DNA of 63,781 nt, filler included, from Acetivibrio sp. (GTDB taxonomy: Bacteria > Bacillota > Clostridia > Acetivibrionales > Acetivibrionaceae): assembly GCF_035371925.1 (NCBI RefSeq). It is 3 parts of 3 records of this genome, joined end to end, with 100 filler letters (N's around TTAATTAATTAA, not from the genome) between each part and the next. Parts side by side here need not be neighbours in the genome. Positions count along the whole stretch, not along the records: positions 1 to 24,286 come from NZ_DAORXT010000040.1; 2 more parts are not named here. One strand, written 5' to 3'. Under the pieces are notes generated by a model. The model was not told where the DNA came from. It did not search any database and saw only the letters and a program-made list of their open reading frames with translations. Numbering within the stretch: the first letter of the stretch is position 1; each line of letters opens with the position of its first letter. A program made the position numbers and the translations under genes. Of the stretch, positions 1 to 10,852 are shown piece by piece.

Positions 1-187
1 TTGAGTCACTTCTTTTTTATCATGTTTGGGCAATTAATTTTACAACTTACCGCTTTTAATTGTCATTATAAATAGCACAACCGAAAAAGCGACAGCCAAA
101 ATCAATAAAATGAATTTCTCCGGTGAATTGTTTCCGTAAAAGGGAATGCAATCATTAAAAGCAAAAAATAGCTGCAATTTTATTATA

Positions 188-1705
188 TTATAATTCACAG
201 GTGAATAAAAGTGTATTTTTTCTTGTAATCATTTCGCCAATTCTAGCAATATATTCCTCTACATTCTTTACGTTAGAGACCCTTTCTATCCTGTTGCTTT
301 CAGGAAAAACCACCTTGGTTATGGCTCCAGCCCCCAACGCTATAATAGACTGCTTTTCCTCCATAATCTGAACATTATATATTGACTCATAGCCCGCCTT
401 GCTGTATCCGATGTTCTCAAGATTGCCCAGCATATTCTTCTGCCTGTAGAGATAATACGGCTCCAATCCCTTTTTTGTCAGAATATCATAAGCAGCATCA
501 ACCATCTGGGACACTTCATTTCCCGATGTCAGGCTATAGTTTTCTTTGTCTTCATTAAGCCGCGACGCACGCTTGATTGCCATGGTATGGACAGTAACAC
601 TTTCAGGCTCTAAGGCACCTATTTCATCCATGGTTTTTACGAAGTCCTCAAGCTTGCTTCCGGGAAGTCCCGCAATAACATCCATGTTTATATTGTCAAA
701 TCCTATGCTGCGGGCAAGCTTAAAGGCATCAACTATATCCTTTGACGTGTGAAACCTTCCTATTTTTCTCAGGATTTCATCATTCATGGACTGGGGATTA
801 ATGCTTATCCTGTCTACTTTGCTCTTTTTGATTGCCTCCAACTTTTCCAGAGTAATGGAATCAGGTCTTCCGGCCTCCAATGTATACTCCTTTATATCCT
901 TTAAGTCCAATACCTGCTCAATATACATAAGGAGCTCTCTAAGGTACGAAGCCTCAAGAGAAGTAGGTGTGCCTCCACCTATGTATATGCTCTCTATCCT
1001 TAATCTTTTTTTGTCCAGGATGCTGCCTACACTCATTATTTCCTTCTTTAGCACCTGAATATAGCTTGCCACCATATGCTCATATTTTTTAACCGGATTC
1101 GAAGTAAAAGAGCAGTAAAGGCAACGGGTGGTGCAAAAAGGAATGCCAATATAAATTCCCACCATATCCCGTTCACTGGCCTCCAGTATATGCCGCTCTT
1201 TTTTTGCAACATCATATAAAATTTTTGACTTTTTATCGGAAACAAAATAATACTGTGTCAGCCTTGAGTTTATTTCTTCTCTGGAACAGCCCTTGTCCAT
1301 GAGTTCATGAACAATTTTGGCAGGCCTTATCCCGGTAAGCATTCCCCAAGGCATCTTTTTTCCCGTAAACTGAGACAGCGCTATATATACCTGTCTTTTA
1401 ACCTCTCTCTTTCGTATTTTCCTTTCTTCATGCACATAATTTGCATCTTTTTTTGGCAATGAAACAGAAAATAAATGATTATCTTTGAATGCCTTCTTCC
1501 CGTCTACACAAATCATAGTTTCCACTTGATATTGCCCATCGTTTTCTGAAGGTGCATCAAGGCGTGAATAAAGCAAAATTCCCCGGTAATCCTCTCCGGG
1601 GTCGCGATATGATATTCCTGTACTCCCGTTATCAAAAAACAATTTTATTATATTCTCTATTTCGTATCGAAACTCGTGTCCTTCCAACTTTATGTATATA
1701 TCCAT
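188..1705 (-). CDS. hemZ: HemZ / coproporphyrinogen III oxidase-like radical SAM protein
   Basis: CTTRCLYC radical SAM motif, IYIGGGTPT and TLEAGRPD HemN-family motifs, PWGMLTGIRP N-terminal HemZ motif; usual rel-dtd-MBL-hemZ order. Start moved to ATG at 1705 behind GGAG RBS. Confidence 0.85.
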   Translation of the reverse strand: MDIYIKLEGHEFRYEIENIIKLFFDNGSTGISYRDPGEDYRGILLYSRLDAPSENDGQYQVETMICVDGKKAFKDNHLFSVSLPKKDANYVHEERKIRKREVKRQVYIALSQFTGKKMPWGMLTGIRPAKIVHELMDKGCSREEINSRLTQYYFVSDKKSKILYDVAKKERHILEASERDMVGIYIGIPFCTTRCLYCSFTSNPVKKYEHMVASYIQVLKKEIMSVGSILDKKRLRIESIYIGGGTPTSLEASYLRELLMYIEQVLDLKDIKEYTLEAGRPDSITLEKLEAIKKSKVDRISINPQSMNDEILRKIGRFHTSKDIVDAFKLARSIGFDNINMDVIAGLPGSKLEDFVKTMDEIGALEPESVTVHTMAIKRASRLNEDKENYSLTSGNEVSQMVDAAYDILTKKGLEPYYLYRQKNMLGNLENIGYSKAGYESIYNVQIMEEKQSIIALGAGAITKVVFPESNRIERVSNVKNVEEYIARIGEMITRKNTLLFTCEL

Positions 1706-1788
1706 GTAAACTCCTACCAAACTGCAAAATCTAGTAAATACACATTTTTACAAGGATTTTAAAAACCATAACCCAAATCCTTCAATAC

Positions 1789-2394
1789 TTAACAAAACAT
1801 ATTTCGCTCCCGTCCAATTGTCGTAGGTTCCCCATGTCCCGGGTAAACTTCTACATTGTCATCAAGCTTCATAAGCTTGTTTTCAATGGAATCCAAAAGG
1901 GTGTTCAAATCCCCATCGGTAAAGTCGGTACGGCCGATACCCATATTAAACAAAGTATCTCCGCTAAAAATTACATCGCCAACTTTTATGCAAATACCCC
2001 CTGCGGAATGTCCGGGTGTGTGAATTATCTCAAAATCAAGTCCCCCAACCGTTATCACTTCACCGTCTTTTAAAAGCCTGTCAGCTTCCTTGCATTTCCT
2101 GCCCAATCCCATTCCGACAGGATCGTTTAAATCAGGGTCTGTCAATTTTGCAGCATCCTTTTCATGAATAAGAACCTTGGCCCCTGTCTTTTCCCGTACT
2201 TCATCCACCGACAACAGATGGTCGATATGTCCGTGGGTTATTATTATATATTTAGCTTCCAGATTGTTTTCATTAGCGGCATCCACTATCTTTGCGGGAT
2301 CGCATCCGGGGTCAATAATCACACATTCCCCATTCTGGCCAACAATATAGCAATTTGAATCAAAAAGCCCTATGGGCAAACATTTTATTATCAT
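1789..2394 (-). CDS. MBL-fold metallo-hydrolase (glyoxalase II-like)
   Basis: THGHIDH metal motif, HTPGHS, SGDTLF, PGHG; start re-called at ATG 2394. Confidence 0.9.
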   Translation of the reverse strand: MIIKCLPIGLFDSNCYIVGQNGECVIIDPGCDPAKIVDAANENNLEAKYIIITHGHIDHLLSVDEVREKTGAKVLIHEKDAAKLTDPDLNDPVGMGLGRKCKEADRLLKDGEVITVGGLDFEIIHTPGHSAGGICIKVGDVIFSGDTLFNMGIGRTDFTDGDLNTLLDSIENKLMKLDDNVEVYPGHGEPTTIGRERNMFC

Positions 2395-2406
2395 ACAAAC
2401 CACCGC

Positions 2407-2856
2407 CTAAAATTCTTTTTTACTGTCAATAAGCATTGTAACAGGCCCGTCATTATGGATTTCCACCATCATCATAGCCTGAAATTTACCGGTTTCAACC
2501 TTTACATTATAGCTGCGGCACACATCAACAAATTTCTCATAGAGTTCTTTTGCCGTCTCAGGTCTTGCCGCCCTGTCAAACCCAGGTCTTTTACCCTTTC
2601 TGCAATCGCCGTAGAGGGTAAACTGAGATACAACCAAAAGCTCTCCCCCGACATCTTTTAGGGATAGATTCATCTTTCCGTTTTCATCTTCAAAAATCCT
2701 TAAGTTTACGATTTTGTCCGCAAGATACTCAACATCCTTTTCGGTGTCATCGGAACCCACACCCAAAAGCACCGTAAGGCCCTTTTCTATCTTTCCTGTT
2801 ACTTCACCTTCAACCGTAACCTTGGAATATACCACTCTCTGTACAACTGCCCTCAT
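2407..2856 (-). CDS. dtd: D-aminoacyl-tRNA deacylase
   Basis: MRAVVQRV start, SQFTL and NDGPVT motifs; follows rel. Confidence 0.97.
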   Translation of the reverse strand: MRAVVQRVVYSKVTVEGEVTGKIEKGLTVLLGVGSDDTEKDVEYLADKIVNLRIFEDENGKMNLSLKDVGGELLVVSQFTLYGDCRKGKRPGFDRAARPETAKELYEKFVDVCRSYNVKVETGKFQAMMMVEIHNDGPVTMLIDSKKEF

Positions 2857-2895
2857 AAAATCCCCTTCTTGTCATAAGCAAATTACTCAAGCTTT

Positions 2896-5070
2896 TTATT
2901 GTCTGTTTCTCGTTACTTCAAACACACCATCAACTCTTCTGATTTTTTTGATGATATTTTCAAGCTGCTCCGTATTTGTAATCTCCAAAGTAAGGTTCAT
3001 AATCGCAATCTGATCCCTGGTTGTTCTTGCATTTATCGCTTTAAGCGGAATCCTTGATTCTCCAATGACATTGGTTATTTCCATCAAAAGCGCCGTTCTG
3101 TCATTGGCCATCACAGTAATATCCGCTTTATATGCCACATTGTTTGCGGTGTACCAGCTTACTTCAATAAGTCTGTTGTCACCGTCAATATTATTTGTAA
3201 CATTAATGCAATCTTTCCGGTGTACCGAAACACCTCTACCCCTTGTGATATATCCGATAATATCGTCACCGGGAACAGGATTGCAACACCTGGAAATCCT
3301 CACCAAGCAATTTTCTATACCTTTAACAATTATACCGTTTTCAGGTACCTTTTTTGCATGAATCCTGCTTCTCTTCTCATCCTCTTTGACTATCTGCTCT
3401 GCAAGCTCTTCGGCCTTGACAGTTTTCCTGTATTCCTCTCTAAGTCTCGAAATAACCTTGTTTGCAGTAAGTGCACCATAACCTATGGCTGCCCAAAGGT
3501 CTTCAAGGGAAGCAAAAGTATATTTTTTGAGTATTATATCCACCCACTCGGGTTTAAAGAGCTGGCTTGCAGTAAATCCCTGCTTTTTGAGCTCCTTTTC
3601 AATCATTTCCTTGCCTCTTACAATATTCTCTTCCCTTTTTTCTTTTTTAAACCACTGGTTAATCTTATTCTTTGCCTGGGAGCTCTTTACAATTTTCAGC
3701 CAGTCCCTGCTTGGTCCATGTACATTTGAAGATGTAAGTATCTCTACTATATCACCGTTTTTAAGCACATAGTCAATAGGCACAATTTTATTATTCACTT
3801 TTGCACCGGACATCTTGTTGCCGATGGCGCTGTGAATTGCATAGGCAAAATCTATGGGCGTTGAACCGGTAGGCAGACTTATGACATCACCCTTGGGTGT
3901 AAAAACAAAAACCTCATCGGTAAAAAGGTCTATTTTCAATGTCTCCATAAACTCACTGGCATCCCGCATTTCCTTTTGCCATTCTAAAAGCTGCCTTAAC
4001 CAAGCCAGTTTGTTGTCGTAATCGTCCGCAGCCTTGCCCTCTTTATATTTCCAATGGGCTGCTATACCCACCTCGGCTACCCGGTGCATATCCCATGTCC
4101 TTATCTGTACCTCAAAAGGTACACCCTCATGCCCGATTAACGTGGTGTGAAGAGATTGATACATATTCGGCTTTGGCATCGCTATATAATCCTTGAATCT
4201 TCCGGGCATGGGCTTGTAGATTTCATGCACAAGGCCCAAAACGGCGTAACAGTCTTTTACCGAAGAAACAATTACCCTCACGGCAAAAAGGTCATATATC
4301 TGCTCTATGGTCTTGTTCTGCTGCACCATTTTCCTGTAAATACTGTAAAAGTGCTTGGGTCTGCCTTCAATACGTGCTTCAATGCCGATTTCAACGGTTT
4401 TCTCCTGAATGGTTTTGATAATATCTGAAATATAGGCTTCTCTCTCCATCCTCTTTTTGGCAATCTTGTTCACAAGATCGTAATAGCCTTTAGGATCAAG
4501 ATACCTTAGACAAAGGTCCTCCAGCTCCCATTTTATCTTTGATATACCCAGCCTGTGAGCCAGAGGGGCATATATTTCAAGAGTCTCTTTTGCCTTCTCA
4601 ATTTGTTTTTCTTGGGGTACATACTTAAGAGTGCGCATATTGTGCAAACGGTCAGCCAGCTTAATGAGAATAACTCTGATGTCCTTTGCCATGGCAAGGA
4701 ACATCTTTCTAAGGTTCTCGGCCTGCAATTCCTCTTTTGTGGTGTAGGGAATCTTGCCCAGCTTGGTTACTCCGTCCACTAGATTTGCAACTTCATCACC
4801 GAAATTCTCCCTAATCTGCTCAAAAGTATAGGAAGTATCCTCAACGATATCATGAAGAATGCCCGCAACTATTGCAGTACAATCCAGCTCAAGGTCCGCC
4901 AGTATGTTGGCAACTTCCATGGGATGCACAATAAAAGGGTCTCCGGATTCTCTTTGCTGACCGTTATGAGCCTCCAGCGAAAGATTATGAGCCTTTTCAA
5001 TGAGTTCAAAATCGCAGTTTGGGTTGTATTTTTTTATTTTTTTGATAAGTCTGCTGTATCCGTCACCCAT
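2896..5070 (-). CDS. relA: Bifunctional (p)ppGpp synthetase/hydrolase (long RSH, Rel)
   Basis: LHDIVED hydrolase HD motif, RFKD synthetase motif, TGS domain (VFTPKG), RCCNPVPGD and C-terminal ACT domain. Start 5070 or 5085. Confidence 0.97.
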   Translation of the reverse strand: MGDGYSRLIKKIKKYNPNCDFELIEKAHNLSLEAHNGQQRESGDPFIVHPMEVANILADLELDCTAIVAGILHDIVEDTSYTFEQIRENFGDEVANLVDGVTKLGKIPYTTKEELQAENLRKMFLAMAKDIRVILIKLADRLHNMRTLKYVPQEKQIEKAKETLEIYAPLAHRLGISKIKWELEDLCLRYLDPKGYYDLVNKIAKKRMEREAYISDIIKTIQEKTVEIGIEARIEGRPKHFYSIYRKMVQQNKTIEQIYDLFAVRVIVSSVKDCYAVLGLVHEIYKPMPGRFKDYIAMPKPNMYQSLHTTLIGHEGVPFEVQIRTWDMHRVAEVGIAAHWKYKEGKAADDYDNKLAWLRQLLEWQKEMRDASEFMETLKIDLFTDEVFVFTPKGDVISLPTGSTPIDFAYAIHSAIGNKMSGAKVNNKIVPIDYVLKNGDIVEILTSSNVHGPSRDWLKIVKSSQAKNKINQWFKKEKREENIVRGKEMIEKELKKQGFTASQLFKPEWVDIILKKYTFASLEDLWAAIGYGALTANKVISRLREEYRKTVKAEELAEQIVKEDEKRSRIHAKKVPENGIIVKGIENCLVRISRCCNPVPGDDIIGYITRGRGVSVHRKDCINVTNNIDGDNRLIEVSWYTANNVAYKADITVMANDRTALLMEITNVIGESRIPLKAINARTTRDQIAIMNLTLEITNTEQLENIIKKIRRVDGVFEVTRNRQ

Positions 5071-5125
5071 CAAGTATTCCCCCACATCACTTCAAAACTG
5101 ATTCTACTTACGTATGAACCATATA

Positions 5126-5641
5126 TTAATACCGAACTATGGATTCTACATTGTAGCCTTTTAATTTCTCTCTACCGTTTAAGAAAGAAAGTTCAACAAA
5201 ATAAACTATACCAAGGATTTCTCCTCCCAGCTGCTCCACCAGCTTTATGTTTGACTTTGTGGTTCCTCCTGTTGCAAGAAGGTCATCGACAATAACTATC
5301 TTCTGTCCCTCTTTAATTGCATCTATATGCATCTCAAGTATGTCCGTGCCATACTCAAGCTCATATTCAACACTAATAGTCTTGTACGGAAGCTTTCCTC
5401 TTTTTCTGATAGGTACAAACCCTTTTCCCAAAGCATATGCCAGCGGTGTACCGAAAATGAATCCCCTAGATTCAGGTCCCACAATGAGGTCAAAGTCACC
5501 AAAGGCCTCTATTTTCTCTTTCATGGAATTAATACATTCCTTTAATGCCTCTGCATCCTGAAGTACAGTGGTAATATCAATAAAATTTATGCCTTCCTTC
5601 GGGAAATTGGCTACTTCTCTTAATTTTGTCTTCAAATCCAT
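5126..5641 (-). CDS. apt: Adenine phosphoribosyltransferase
   Basis: GPESRGF, RKRGKLP and VDDLLATGGT PRPP-binding motif; GGAGG RBS before ATG 5641. Confidence 0.97.
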   Translation of the reverse strand: MDLKTKLREVANFPKEGINFIDITTVLQDAEALKECINSMKEKIEAFGDFDLIVGPESRGFIFGTPLAYALGKGFVPIRKRGKLPYKTISVEYELEYGTDILEMHIDAIKEGQKIVIVDDLLATGGTTKSNIKLVEQLGGEILGIVYFVELSFLNGREKLKGYNVESIVRY

Positions 5642-5709
5642 ACGGAATCCTCCTTGCAATAATATTATTTATTCACAACCAAAGCCAGTGAAACCTCTAG
5701 CAAAAAACA

Positions 5710-8193
5710 TCAGCCGCTTCGCAACATCTGAATACTTCTAAAAAAACAAGAATTTTCAAGGTTTGTTTTGATGTTTCCAACATTGTTTAAAGTAACAATC
5801 TGTCCCTTCTCCCCATAAGGGAGTTTTGATAAAAGTGACAATTCCTCAAAAACCTGTATTGCTCTCTTTACCTTGAAATAATTCATGGGTATACCGTACT
5901 TTTTCGAAACTTCTCGGGCAAAATCAAATAAATTTTCCAAAACAATCCGTTCATTACCTTCACAGTAAAATTTCAAATGTTTGTATACCGCTGCCATATC
6001 TTGTCTTTTTAATATAATATCATCATCAACAAAATCGATTATTATTTTATTATAAACATAAACCCTGTTTAAATCAATCTTTCGTACAATTTGATATATA
6101 TAATCCTTCGACATCCATGTTCCAAACAATATCACCCGGTCAAAGCTCGAAAGCAAAGCCCTTTCGGGATGCGGATTCACTATTATGGATACCGGTTCGC
6201 TATTATCTTGAGGCAAAAAAGAGTAAAATATTCCATATTTATTCTTATCGGACAGCGATGATTTTTTTAAAGCACTTTCAATAAATTCAAGACTTAAAAG
6301 AGAATTTATCAAAACAGCCGTCCTCTCACTCCGGGCTAAAAAAGCATCTATCGCCTGTGTAATTCCCCCAGGATAATCAATAACTTGAATCTTTGACAAA
6401 ACCTCATCAACAATATTATCCTCCTGTGGAATAATAAAATCAATACACCGGTCAAGGCTAAAATAAAACTTGTCTTGTCTCTCTATCTCCCTCCCCGGCC
6501 TAATGTCCTTTATATTGAGCTGAACACTTTCTCTGCCGTTCCATAAATTTACTTCCATGGAGCATACAACATCCACAACATCCGACTCGCCATAACACTC
6601 TATAAATCCTCCCGCGTTAAAGCAAATGGCATCAATAAAAAATCCGTTATCTTCAAATTTAATTTTTGCGTGCTTGCTCTCCTGCTCCACGGGACGTATC
6701 TCGGCAATTCTTAAGTTGTCATATCTTAATAAAGGAGGAGGATTGCTCTCTCCGAACGGTTCAAGAAGTTTAAGGCTCCTACAGATGTCAACGGTCATAT
6801 CTTCCTTTGTTATTCCCACATCAAGCTTTATTCGCGGAACAAGGTCGCTTTCATCAAGCACGGAATCGGCATATTCGTTTATCATCCTTCTTAGCTCATC
6901 AATATTTTCCGGCTTTAGCGCAAGACCTGCCGCTTGCTCATGACCGCCGTACTTTTCCAAAATACTCTCGCAGTGCATCAAGGCTCTAAACAGATTGAAT
7001 CCTTCAATGCTTCTTGCAGAGCCCTTTGCCTCATCACCGTCAACGGAGATAAGTATGCTTGGCCGATAATACTTCTCCGTTATTTTGGAGGATACTATCC
7101 CGATAATACCATGGTGCCATCTCTCTCCCGCAACTACAATAACCTTTTCCTTGTCAAGGTCTCTATCGGTCTCAATAATATTAACCGTTTCCTCCAATAT
7201 GGCAAGCTCACTTTGCTTGCGGAATATATTCTGCTCATCCAGCTCCTTTGCAATCTCTATCGCTTCATTTTCATCATCTGTAGTCAAAAGTCTCACTGCC
7301 TTTGATGCATGTCCTATTCTGCCCGCTGCATTTATCCTTGGAGCCAGAACAAAGCCAACTAAAAATGAGTTTATTTCTTTGTTCTCTATTCCTGCAACCT
7401 TGATAAGGCTTTTCAGACCGATGTTTGAAGTTTTCTCAATCATGGGAAGACCGTATTTCACTATGATTCTGTTCTCTCCTAATAGAGGAACCACATCCGC
7501 CACAGTTCCTATTGCGACAAGGTCAAGATAACGTCTCTCAAACCCGGGAACATTCATTTTTTTGGCAAGGGCTTCAAGCAGTTTGTATGCAACACCCACC
7601 CCCGCAAGCTCTTTGAAGGGATAGGTACAGTCAAGCCTGTGGGGATTTACTACGGCCAAAGCCTCAGGAACACTTTCCCTGCACTCATGATGGTCGGTTA
7701 TAATAATGTCTATATTATTGCCGGTAATATATTTCACCTCTTCAAAAGCGGTAATCCCGCAATCAACAGTAATTATTAAATCAATATTCATATCCGGCAT
7801 TTTTTTTGCAGCAGCCATGGAAATGCCATAGCCTTCATTTAACCTGTCGGGAATGTAGTAGCAGACATTCTCATCATATCTTCTGAAAAAATCGTAAAGA
7901 ATGGATGTGCTGGTTATCCCGTCCACATCATAGTCACCAAATATCAAAATCTTCTCTTTGTTTTGAAGAGCTTTGACAATTCTGTCCACAGCCTTTTCCA
8001 TGTCGCAAAGCTCAAAAGGATCATGGAGCTTGTCCAATGAGGGATTTAAAAAATCTTTTATATAGTCCGGATCATCCACTCCCCTGGCTAGAAAAATCCC
8101 GGCAAGGAGTCTTGATATTCCGGCTTGTTTTGAAAGCCATTCAACTCTTTCATTAGGCAAATCGTTCATCAACCATAGTCTGTCTTGCTCCAT
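5710..8193 (-). CDS. recJ: ssDNA exonuclease RecJ with Firmicute C-terminal extension
   Basis: GDYDVDG, TVDCG, TDHH (DHH), PRINAAGR, GSARS and GGH motifs; start probably ATG 8193. Confidence 0.95.
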   Translation of the reverse strand: MEQDRLWLMNDLPNERVEWLSKQAGISRLLAGIFLARGVDDPDYIKDFLNPSLDKLHDPFELCDMEKAVDRIVKALQNKEKILIFGDYDVDGITSTSILYDFFRRYDENVCYYIPDRLNEGYGISMAAAKKMPDMNIDLIITVDCGITAFEEVKYITGNNIDIIITDHHECRESVPEALAVVNPHRLDCTYPFKELAGVGVAYKLLEALAKKMNVPGFERRYLDLVAIGTVADVVPLLGENRIIVKYGLPMIEKTSNIGLKSLIKVAGIENKEINSFLVGFVLAPRINAAGRIGHASKAVRLLTTDDENEAIEIAKELDEQNIFRKQSELAILEETVNIIETDRDLDKEKVIVVAGERWHHGIIGIVSSKITEKYYRPSILISVDGDEAKGSARSIEGFNLFRALMHCESILEKYGGHEQAAGLALKPENIDELRRMINEYADSVLDESDLVPRIKLDVGITKEDMTVDICRSLKLLEPFGESNPPPLLRYDNLRIAEIRPVEQESKHAKIKFEDNGFFIDAICFNAGGFIECYGESDVVDVVCSMEVNLWNGRESVQLNIKDIRPGREIERQDKFYFSLDRCIDFIIPQEDNIVDEVLSKIQVIDYPGGITQAIDAFLARSERTAVLINSLLSLEFIESALKKSSLSDKNKYGIFYSFLPQDNSEPVSIIVNPHPERALLSSFDRVILFGTWMSKDYIYQIVRKIDLNRVYVYNKIIIDFVDDDIILKRQDMAAVYKHLKFYCEGNERIVLENLFDFAREVSKKYGIPMNYFKVKRAIQVFEELSLLSKLPYGEKGQIVTLNNVGNIKTNLENSCFFRSIQMLRSG

Positions 8194-8250
8194 TCCATCA
8201 CCCGCGCAAAATAGTGTAATTGTACCCAAATTATGTAAATCAATTTGATA

Positions 8251-8278
8251 AATTATAATGTATTAATTATAATGTATT
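8251..8278. repeat. 14-bp tandem duplication AATTATAATGTATT x2
   Basis: Exact copies at 8251-8264 and 8265-8278, each containing a -10 hexamer. Confidence 0.9.
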
Positions 8279-8294
8279 TGCTTCTATTGTTCAA
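8266..8294 (-). promoter_or_regulatory. sigmaA-type promoter of recJ-apt-rel operon
   Basis: Minus strand TTGAAC-17 bp-TATAAT. Confidence 0.6.
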
Positions 8295-8354
8295 ATGAAA
8301 TATATAAGAAAAACGGCATAAAAAAAGCCCGACTTTTCATCGAGCTTTTCAGTC

Positions 8355-8798
8355 TTAGCTTAAATACTTTCTAACAATTGTATTTACCATTTTTCCATCA
8401 GCTCTGCCTTTTACTTTAGGCAGTACAGCCTGCATTACTTTGCCAATATCACCGGCCGAACTTGCTCCCGTCTCGCTTATTGTTTCCTTTACGATAGTCT
8501 CTAGTTCATCCTCTGTTAGCTGTTCAGGCAGGTATTTTAGTAAAACATCTATCTCGGCTTTCAAGCCGTCTATAAGATCCTGTCTGCCGGATTTTTCATA
8601 CTCCGTAAGTGAGTCTCTTCTTTTCTTTACTTCTTTAGCGATTACTTCCAATACACCATCGTCGTCAAGGGTAACCTTGTTATCCTTCTCAACCTGAAGC
8701 ACTGCCGACCTGACCATTTGGATGGCATTCTTTCTAGTAATGTCTTTATCCTTCATAGCTGCTTTTAAATCATCCATCAGTTTGTCTTTAAGGGACAT
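8355..8798 (-). CDS. yqeY: GatB/YqeY domain protein
   Basis: MSLKDKLMDDLKAAMK, GRQDL, YLPEQL, GRADG motifs; downstream of rpsU. Confidence 0.93.
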   Translation of the reverse strand: MSLKDKLMDDLKAAMKDKDITRKNAIQMVRSAVLQVEKDNKVTLDDDGVLEVIAKEVKKRRDSLTEYEKSGRQDLIDGLKAEIDVLLKYLPEQLTEDELETIVKETISETGASSAGDIGKVMQAVLPKVKGRADGKMVNTIVRKYLS

Positions 8799-8813
8799 CC
8801 GTATTCGCCTCCC

Positions 8814-8990
8814 TTATTTGAACTTTCTTTTTCTTGCTGCTTCAGATTTCTTTTTTCTCCTAACACTTGGCTTCTCATAGTGCTCTCTTTTTCTTACTTC
8901 TGCCAATACGCCTGCTTTAGCGCATTGTCTCTTAAATCTCTTAAGAGCACTATCAAGAGATTCATTCTCTTTTACTCTAACTTCAGACAC
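8814..8990 (-). CDS. rpsU: 30S ribosomal protein S21
   Basis: [20 protein letters not shown]...[11 protein letters not shown] start at 8990 behind GGAGG (58 aa). Confidence 0.97.
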   Translation of the reverse strand: MSEVRVKENESLDSALKRFKRQCAKAGVLAEVRKREHYEKPSVRRKKKSEAARKRKFK

Positions 8991-9091
8991 GTATTTCCCT
9001 CCCTCCGATGGTAGCAATTGTGCCAAGACTAAACTACGACCTTTCTAGTGTGGATTTAATTGGGAACTCAGCTAAATATAGCACACACCTT

Positions 9092-9121
9092 ATTATATAT
9101 TACACGAAGAATGCGTGTCAA
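9092..9121 (-). promoter_or_regulatory. sigmaA promoter of rpsU-yqeY
   Basis: Minus strand TTGACA-18 bp-TATAAT. Confidence 0.7.
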
Positions 9122-9434
9122 TACTTATTTTTACTGTTCTTTAAGCCATAATTGCCATTTTCTTACTGTAAAATAAAAATATTCTTTACTTTTTAAAAAG
9201 GAGTGTTAAAATATTCCTTAAGAGGATACAACACAGTATATCAAAGGCAGTCAGCAAATGTAAAGACTTAATATTTTATGCTTAAATACAACAATAACTC
9301 ATTTTTATTCTTTTGCCCTATGGATTTATTTCTCATTACGAATTATAATAATAATGTCAATATATTTAAATCTCGATTTATATATTTTACATTTATATCT
9401 TTTTCTAATTCTTAATCTAAATTAGGGGGCAGTT

Positions 9435-10838
9435 ATGCATAGTTCAAACAAACACGCTTTTGTGAGCATAGGACAATTATTTTTGGATATATTTTTTCTC
9501 ATTTTAGCATTTTTTGTTTCGTACTACATAGCATCACATCTTAGAGTGTTGCAAAGCATAACCGCTTTTGTATGGGTACTTTTAATTTACATTCCCCTCT
9601 GGGTTTCATCCATGGGATTTTTAGGTATGTACAACAAAACAACCTTTAATTATTATGACAGAGTCTTAAGAAACATATTGCTGTCTTCCCTTATATCATG
9701 TATGTTCGTTGCATCCTTTATGTTTTTCATAAAAGAAACCATGTTCAGCAGAACACTTTACTCGGTTTTCACTGTTACAAGCATATCGTTTTTGGTTTTT
9801 GAAAGATTCATGTACATTCATTTCGTAAGCAAGCACCGGCGCAACACAACCACAAATGTGATATTTGTCGGTGACCGAAATATAGCATTAAAATTTATAT
9901 ATTTCCTCCAAAAAACAAATATCACAATAAACGTAGTAGGTTATGTAAATGTGCATAACAACAATAATAACGGAACATTCAACAGCAAAAAAGCGCTTGG
10001 GTATATAGAAAACCTTGAGGAGATACTAAAAAACCATGTTGTTGATGAGGTAATTTTTGCTCTCCCCAAAGACTATGTTGGTGATGTAGAAAAATATGTA
10101 TGTATATGTGAGGAAATGGGAATAACGGTAAGAGTTATTCTGGATTTGTACAATCTCAAAGTTGCAAAGACACATTTTAGCTGTATGGGTACTCTCCCCA
10201 TGCTCACTTTCAATATGGTAAGCATTAATCAATTTCAGCTTTTAATTAAGAGAATCATGGATATCGTCGGTGCTCTGGTTGGACTTGCTATCACCGGAAT
10301 TGCTTCGATATTCATAGTACCTGCCATTAAACTGACTTCTCCGGGGCCGGTACTGTTCAAGCAGGACAGGGTAGGAATGAACGGGAGAATATTTAAGATA
10401 TATAAATTTAGAACAATGTATGTCGATGCGGAAGAATGCAAAGGGGAACTTATGGCTCAAAATCAAGTCAAAGGTGGACTGATGTTTAAAATCAAGTCGG
10501 ACCCAAGAGTTACTCCTGTGGGGAGGATACTTAGAAAGACAAGCCTTGACGAACTTCCCCAGTTTTTCAATGTACTCAAAGGAGATATGAGTCTTGTAGG
10601 AACAAGGCCTCCTACTGTGGATGAAGTCAAAAAATATAAAACCTATCACAGAAGAAGAATAAGCTTCAAACCGGGTGTTACAGGAATGTGGCAGGTAAAC
10701 GGCAGAAGCAGCATTACAGACTTTGAAGATGTAGTAAGGCTTGATACAAAATATATAGATGAGTGGTCAATCTGGCTTGACTTAGTTATAATTTTAAAAA
10801 CCATTTGGGTAGTTTTAAGAAAAAAAGATGCCTACTAA
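9435..10838 (+). CDS. Priming polyprenyl-phosphate glycosylphosphotransferase (WcaJ/CpsE family)
   Basis: N-terminal TM helices, CoA-binding-like middle domain, C-terminal KRIMDI, YKFRTM, DPRVT, SLDELPQ, KPGVTG motifs. Confidence 0.93.
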   Translation: MHSSNKHAFVSIGQLFLDIFFLILAFFVSYYIASHLRVLQSITAFVWVLLIYIPLWVSSMGFLGMYNKTTFNYYDRVLRNILLSSLISCMFVASFMFFIKETMFSRTLYSVFTVTSISFLVFERFMYIHFVSKHRRNTTTNVIFVGDRNIALKFIYFLQKTNITINVVGYVNVHNNNNNGTFNSKKALGYIENLEEILKNHVVDEVIFALPKDYVGDVEKYVCICEEMGITVRVILDLYNLKVAKTHFSCMGTLPMLTFNMVSINQFQLLIKRIMDIVGALVGLAITGIASIFIVPAIKLTSPGPVLFKQDRVGMNGRIFKIYKFRTMYVDAEECKGELMAQNQVKGGLMFKIKSDPRVTPVGRILRKTSLDELPQFFNVLKGDMSLVGTRPPTVDEVKKYKTYHRRRISFKPGVTGMWQVNGRSSITDFEDVVRLDTKYIDEWSIWLDLVIILKTIWVVLRKKDAY

Positions 10839-10852
10839 AAGGCATCTTTTTT
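10821..10852. terminator. Bidirectional intrinsic terminator between the priming GT and ssb
   Basis: AAAAAAGATGCC-8 nt-GGCATCTTTTTT perfect inverted repeat overlapping both stop codons. Confidence 0.85.
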
